Shown piece by piece: positions 59,626 through 64,000 of a stretch of 64,000 nucleotides of DNA (the stretch's first letter is position 1; the number at the start of each line of letters is the position of its first letter). The stretch spans positions 1,216,001 through 1,280,000 of the forward strand of contig CAXXLL010000002.1 in NCBI GenBank assembly GCA_963662545.2, in the 5' to 3' direction. This DNA comes from Gammaproteobacteria bacterium. Its GTDB lineage: Bacteria; Pseudomonadota; Gammaproteobacteria; Ga0077536. The notes under the pieces are model-generated. The model made no database searches. It was given only the letters and a program-made list of their open reading frames with translations, and was not told the origin of the DNA. A program made the position numbers and the translations under genes.

Positions 59626-60258
59626 TCAGGTCGTCCGGATTATCGTGGGGTCCGTATGCGGCGACACCCAGGCTTCGTTGTCCTCGGCGGGATCATTGTC
59701 GAGCAATCCCGCCGCTTCGATCTCGGCCATCGCGTCCTGGGTGAATTCCGCGCCGGGCGCGTCGCCCGCGATTACGAACATCAGCACCGAATACTCCTCC
59801 GTGGGTCCGTCGGTGACGTTCTCGAAACGCCGGATCGCGCCCGGCGGGAACGAGATGACATCCAGGGGGTCGAGGTCTGCGTGTTCGACCTCTCCGTTCT
59901 CGTTTTCCCAGCTCGCACGCCATTTACCGGTCATGGCGATAAAGGTCTCGTTGGTATCGTGGTTGTGCATCATCGGCCCTTTGCCCGGTAAGGCCTCACA
60001 GTAGCCGAGATTGAAACCTTCGGAGATCTTGATCGTGGACATGCGCGCGGCCTTGGCACCGACTGGTGACAGCACGCCTTCGTGCTCATTCTCAGGAGGT
60101 TGGAAGCCGATGACGTTGTATAAGATGCGCTCGGCGCCCGGCATGTAACTGTCGGGCAGTCCGCCGTCGAATCCCTTGAGATCCTTGAAGCGCGCGACCC
60201 GTTTCATCATCTTTTCTTTCGACACGAATTTACGCGGAAGTTGTTCTTCGAAAGCCAC
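59626..60258 (-). CDS. Cupin domain protein
   Basis: GPMMHNHDTNETF, DVISFPPGAIRRFEN. Confidence 0.82.
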   Translation of the reverse strand: MAFEEQLPRKFVSKEKMMKRVARFKDLKGFDGGLPDSYMPGAERILYNVIGFQPPENEHEGVLSPVGAKAARMSTIKISEGFNLGYCEALPGKGPMMHNHDTNETFIAMTGKWRASWENENGEVEHADLDPLDVISFPPGAIRRFENVTDGPTEEYSVLMFVIAGDAPGAEFTQDAMAEIEAAGLLDNDPAEDNEAWVSPHTDPTIIRTT

Positions 60259-60404
60259 GACGCTCTCCTTTAGTGATCGACTGGTCTCAATAGCATAGTC
60301 ACATCCCGGTCGTCGCGAAAGGCGCCATGGACCGAGTTGAACAAATCGGTTCGGATCTTAAGTCCCCTGAGGGCAAGCGCTAAGAACCTCCCGATGAACG
60401 GCGA

Positions 60405-61340
60405 TTAACGGATCGCCACCGGATTGATCACGGCCTGCACCGCTCCGACGAAGCGCGGCTGCCCGAGTACGAAGAGGAATTCCCAGCCTTCGTCCTCGGC
60501 GAGCGCACGGGTATCCATGTTCTCGAGCAGGTAAATCCCTTTCTTCGTGATCAATTCCTGGTGTACCGGAAAGACCTGACCCTCGGTTTCGAACGGAATC
60601 ACCTCCACGCCGAAGGTGTCGGCGCCGACCGCGATCACGCCGATCTCGGCAAGGTAGCGCGCGCCGTCAATGCCAACTCCCGGTTCGCCCTTCATGAATC
60701 GGGCGGCGTCTTCGTCGGCGATGTTCTGCCACCCGGTATGAAACAACACCACGTCGCCCTTGCGCAGATCGATGCCCTGCGCCTTGGCGGCGGCCTCGAT
60801 CTCCGCGCGGTTGATCGCGGTGCCCTCGTCCAGGATTTTCTTGCCCTTGAGGCGCGCGATATCCAGCAGCACGCCGCGCGCGACGATGGGCGGAATATCA
60901 GAAATCGAAAACGTGGTGAGCCCGGTAACCTTGGTGAAGTCCTTGGCATGGACGCCGTTGTAGTAGACATGGTTGATGCCGACGTGGCCGAGCCCGTCGA
61001 TCTGGCTGCCGATCCCCAGCCAGGTCATCAACAAATCGTCGTTGCTGGTGAGCTTGTTGTCGCCCCACGGCGTACCGGTACCGTCTTCGAGTTGCAGGAT
61101 AGTCATCTGATACTTGCGCGGGGGATAAGCGGGTGTGTCGGGGCCGGTTTCTACGCCGAGCGCGTAGGTCTTGCCGGTCTTGACGAGCCGCGCGGCTTCG
61201 ATGACTGCGGCCGGCGTCATGCGGTTGACGGCGCCGAGCGTGTCGTGCGGTCCGAATTCCGATGGATACCAGTCTTCGGCCGGGGTCAGCGTGGCAGTGA
61301 ATGCGGCCGTCAACGCGGCCAGCACAATCGGTAGTCTCAA
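60405..61340 (-). CDS. Secreted cyclase family (kynurenine formamidase-like) protein
   Basis: Signal peptide, GSQIDGLGH, RGVLLD, GDVVLFHTGW, VGADT, YLLEN. Confidence 0.88.
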   Translation of the reverse strand: MRLPIVLAALTAAFTATLTPAEDWYPSEFGPHDTLGAVNRMTPAAVIEAARLVKTGKTYALGVETGPDTPAYPPRKYQMTILQLEDGTGTPWGDNKLTSNDDLLMTWLGIGSQIDGLGHVGINHVYYNGVHAKDFTKVTGLTTFSISDIPPIVARGVLLDIARLKGKKILDEGTAINRAEIEAAAKAQGIDLRKGDVVLFHTGWQNIADEDAARFMKGEPGVGIDGARYLAEIGVIAVGADTFGVEVIPFETEGQVFPVHQELITKKGIYLLENMDTRALAEDEGWEFLFVLGQPRFVGAVQAVINPVAIR

Positions 61341-61389
61341 AATGGCTCTCCCTTCGGCAGTTCGAAAAATCCCGCGACAGTGTACCTAA

Positions 61390-61551
61390 GGAACCTCTGA
61401 AAAAGTCATGGCACATCTGCCTTGCCCATGAAATCGCGCAGCTCCGCGTTACGAAGCTTGCCAATAGTCCCCGCTATTGCCTGCGCTTCGTGCCTTAATC
61501 TGCACAATTGCATGAACAATTCAGACGCACCATGACTTATTCAGAGGTTCC
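61390..61551. mobile_element. 162-bp MITE with IS5-like ends
   Basis: 22-bp TIR GGAACCTCTGAA(A/T)AAGTCATGG with 1 mismatch; CTAA duplicated on both sides. Confidence 0.8.
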
Positions 61552-61583
61552 CTAAATCGATGTTTCGAATGATAAGGGGTTTT

Positions 61584-61663
61584 ATTCGCCCGTAAGCGGG
61601 CCCCTACGCGGGCAGGGTGATTCGCGGTAGTCAGCCATCGTAGGAGCCCGCTTGCGGGCGAAT
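61584..61663. repeat. GTAG-type REP doublet
   Basis: ATTCGCCCGTAAGCGGGCCCCTACG ... CGTAGGAGCCCGCTTGCGGGCGAAT. Confidence 0.7.
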
Positions 61664-61708
61664 TCGGATCAATCTCGTAATTCGGAACATCACACCGGCT
61701 CGGCGTTT

Positions 61709-63088
61709 TCACCACCAGCCTTCGCCTCTCAATTCGGCAAGCGTCTCGTCGAACGCCCCGATCAATGCGTCCACGTGATCCTCGCCCATCGGTGTCGACA
61801 GGGCTGCCATGCCGCGCATCGACACGTGGATCCCCCGGTTGCAGAGACCCAGAAAGGTGAGCAGGGTCAGCTCGGCGTCGCCGGTGTTGGCGCCCCGCGC
61901 ATTGGTCACGGACAGAGTGGTCCAGTGGATCTGGAACAGCGAGCCGGCACCCGTGACCTGGGCCGGTGCTTCGTGCTGGACGATGGCTTGGGCGATGCCG
62001 GAACGCGCCTTTTCGCCCAGGTCATTGATATGACCGATGACCGCTTCATCGAGCATCTGCATCGCCTCGAGTCCGGCGCATACCGATATCGGGTTGGCGC
62101 TGAACGTGCCGAGGTTTGCCACCATGCCGCCTTCCTCCGGTTCGCCGAAGCGCCGCATGAATTCGCGTCGACCACCGATAGCGCCGATCGGAAATCCGCC
62201 GCCGATGATCTTGGCCATGGTCGTCAGATCCGGTTGGATACCGTAGTACCCCTGCGCGCCGCCGAGGGCTATTCGAAGCGTAACGACTTCGTCGCAAATG
62301 AACACGATGCCGGCGCGCTCGGTCTCTGCGCGCAGGACCTTCAGGAACTCGGCGTCGGCCGGGATAACGCCGCCCGCGCCCAGGATCGGTTCGACGAGAA
62401 TCGCCGCCAGTTTGTCGCCGTAGTGGCTGACTGCGTCGCGCACGGCTTGCGGATCGTTGTATCGGATGAGTACGGCGTCTTCGGTGGCCGCGAGCGGCAG
62501 ACCGCCGACGTCGGGCGCCGGCCGGCTGAGACGACGCGGGTCGTCCGGCACCGGCAGATCGTGTCCGCCCACCATGACGAAATCGGACGCCCCGTGATAG
62601 GCGCCCTCGAACAATCCGATCTTGTTGCGGCCGGTGTGCGCCCGCGCACAGCGAAGTGCGACCATTACCGCTTCGGTGCCGGAATTGTTGAACACGACTT
62701 GCTCGATGCTGCCGATCCTTTCACACAACAGTTTCGCGAGTTCGTATTCCTGCGCGCCGGGCGCTGAGTAGGCCGTGCCGCGCGGCAGTTGGTGTTCGAC
62801 TGCGGCGTTGATGCGCGGATGCGCGTGTCCGTGTATCTGCGCTGTGTAGTTATTGTGGAAATCGATCCGAGTATTGTCGTCGAGATCCGTTCCATGCACG
62901 CCTTCGGCATGGGCGAGGTAGAACGGAAAGGGCGGGTGCCTCAGCAGCGCACGCGAGGTGCCGGTGGGCACGTATTCGCGCGCCCGTACGGCGTGCTCGA
63001 AAGATTTCTGGTTCTTTTCGACGAAGCTGCGATGCATGGCAGAATCCTGCACGTCGCGTCGGGCGCCTGGTTTTTCTGTGCTATTCAT
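61709..63088 (-). CDS. Class III PLP aminotransferase (GSA-aminomutase-like)
   Basis: NSGTEA, FEGAYHG, FICDEV, AKIIGGGFPIGA, GTFSAN. Confidence 0.9.
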   Translation of the reverse strand: MNSTEKPGARRDVQDSAMHRSFVEKNQKSFEHAVRAREYVPTGTSRALLRHPPFPFYLAHAEGVHGTDLDDNTRIDFHNNYTAQIHGHAHPRINAAVEHQLPRGTAYSAPGAQEYELAKLLCERIGSIEQVVFNNSGTEAVMVALRCARAHTGRNKIGLFEGAYHGASDFVMVGGHDLPVPDDPRRLSRPAPDVGGLPLAATEDAVLIRYNDPQAVRDAVSHYGDKLAAILVEPILGAGGVIPADAEFLKVLRAETERAGIVFICDEVVTLRIALGGAQGYYGIQPDLTTMAKIIGGGFPIGAIGGRREFMRRFGEPEEGGMVANLGTFSANPISVCAGLEAMQMLDEAVIGHINDLGEKARSGIAQAIVQHEAPAQVTGAGSLFQIHWTTLSVTNARGANTGDAELTLLTFLGLCNRGIHVSMRGMAALSTPMGEDHVDALIGAFDETLAELRGEGWW

Positions 63089-63151
63089 TGATTGAATCCT
63101 TCTGAATATGTGCCGCCTAACCGCGAACCGGTGTTTGCCTGAGAGCAGGCA

Positions 63152-63396
63152 TCTGATCATTCATTCCGTGCCTGCCATCCATGGCGTTGCGCATTAATAT
63201 CGGTGCCTGCCGTCCATGGCGCGACGCATTCGCCTTCGTTTGGCCCCGGCCCGGCCATTCATGGCCGGGCGCTCGCTGGGAGAAAGCCACTTTAAGTGGC
63301 TTTATCTTTTTCCAGCTCGCCCCAGCCCGCACATCTTTGTGCGGCCGCTCGTCGGGAGAAAGCCATGCTAAATGGCTTTCTCTTTCTCCGACTCGC
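63152..63396 (+). repeat. Dispersed structured intergenic repeat, copy C (3' module duplicated)
   Basis: Matches 2236-2410; the module GCCC...CGCTCG..GGGAGAAAGCCA..TGGCTTT occurs twice. Confidence 0.8.
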
Positions 63397-63591
63397 GCCG
63401 AGCGGCAATCAGAATTGTCCACTGCCGTCCGTTACGAATGCAATGCCCTTATCGTCGGCGGTTTCATACTTGCACAGTGAAACCAATCATGCCGCCATGG
63501 TGTCTATTACCAAGGTGCTGAAAACGAATACCTGTTTTTTCAACACTCGTCAGGACATTGGCTGATTTCAAGCAACGGGGTTCTCCATTCC

Positions 63592-64000
63592 ATGAAGCGC
63601 AAATCGTCCCTTCTCGCTCTCTTTCTCATCGCGTTCAGCAGCACTTGCATCGCCGCCGAACACGTTCAATGGCGGTCCTGGGAGGCGGACGCATTCGCCG
63701 AAGCGAAGAAACGCAAGCTGCCGATCCTCGTCAACGTCGGTCACGAAGGCTGCACGGCGTGCCGCATGATGGAGGAAAACACCTATTCCAACGGCGAGGT
63801 GATCGCCTTGTTGAACGATCACTTCATAGCGATTCAGGTCGATTGTGAAGCACGCCCCGATATCGGTGAACGCTATTCCGACTGGGCCTGGCCGGCGACG
63901 GCCTTTCTCAAACCCGACGGCACCCAGGTCTTCGCCATGCGTGGCAGCCGGCGCCCCGGGGACTTCAAAAACCTGTTGAAACGCGTCATCGAGCGCCACC
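63592..64000 (+). CDS. Exported DUF255/thioredoxin-domain protein, 3'-truncated by window edge
   Basis: MKRKSSLLALF signal, WRSWEADAFAEAK, GCTACRMME, RPDIGERY, WPATAFL; not in the ORF track. Confidence 0.85.
   Translation, partial: MKRKSSLLALFLIAFSSTCIAAEHVQWRSWEADAFAEAKKRKLPILVNVGHEGCTACRMMEENTYSNGEVIALLNDHFIAIQVDCEARPDIGERYSDWAWPATAFLKPDGTQVFAMRGSRRPGDFKNLLKRVIERH

Overview
GC-rich bacterial window, probably a proteobacterium. It has catabolic oxygenase/dehydrogenase genes, PEP-CTERM-type proteins, a Cus-type efflux system and at least two single-base frameshifts that may be long-read errors. The main signal is a complete selenocysteine system: selA-selB (27896-31242), a pyridine-nucleotide-oxidoreductase/SelD fusion (56177-58462) and tRNA-Sec (51634-51729). 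The ORF track splits three genes at in-frame UGA codons that sit at catalytic Cys positions, each followed by a SECIS-like hairpin: a glutathione peroxidase, an orphan GrdB/PrdB-like UxxC protein and an AhpD-like CxxU protein directly upstream of selA. The tRNA-Sec has a 12-bp rather than 13-bp acceptor+T branch. Two degenerate selC fragments (32580, 36840) bracket accessory DNA, which points to repeated integration at selC. A second notable system is an HUH (Y1) transposase bounded by non-palindromic ~29-bp terminal inverted repeats, with 10 copies in the window, including a miniature derivative, a dead copy followed by higBA and a perfect 3x40-bp tandem near selC. Also present: an IS1595-family element with passengers that splits a 2OG-Fe(II) oxygenase, two MITEs and several other repeat families. 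All product calls come from motif recognition by eye; no database searches were run.
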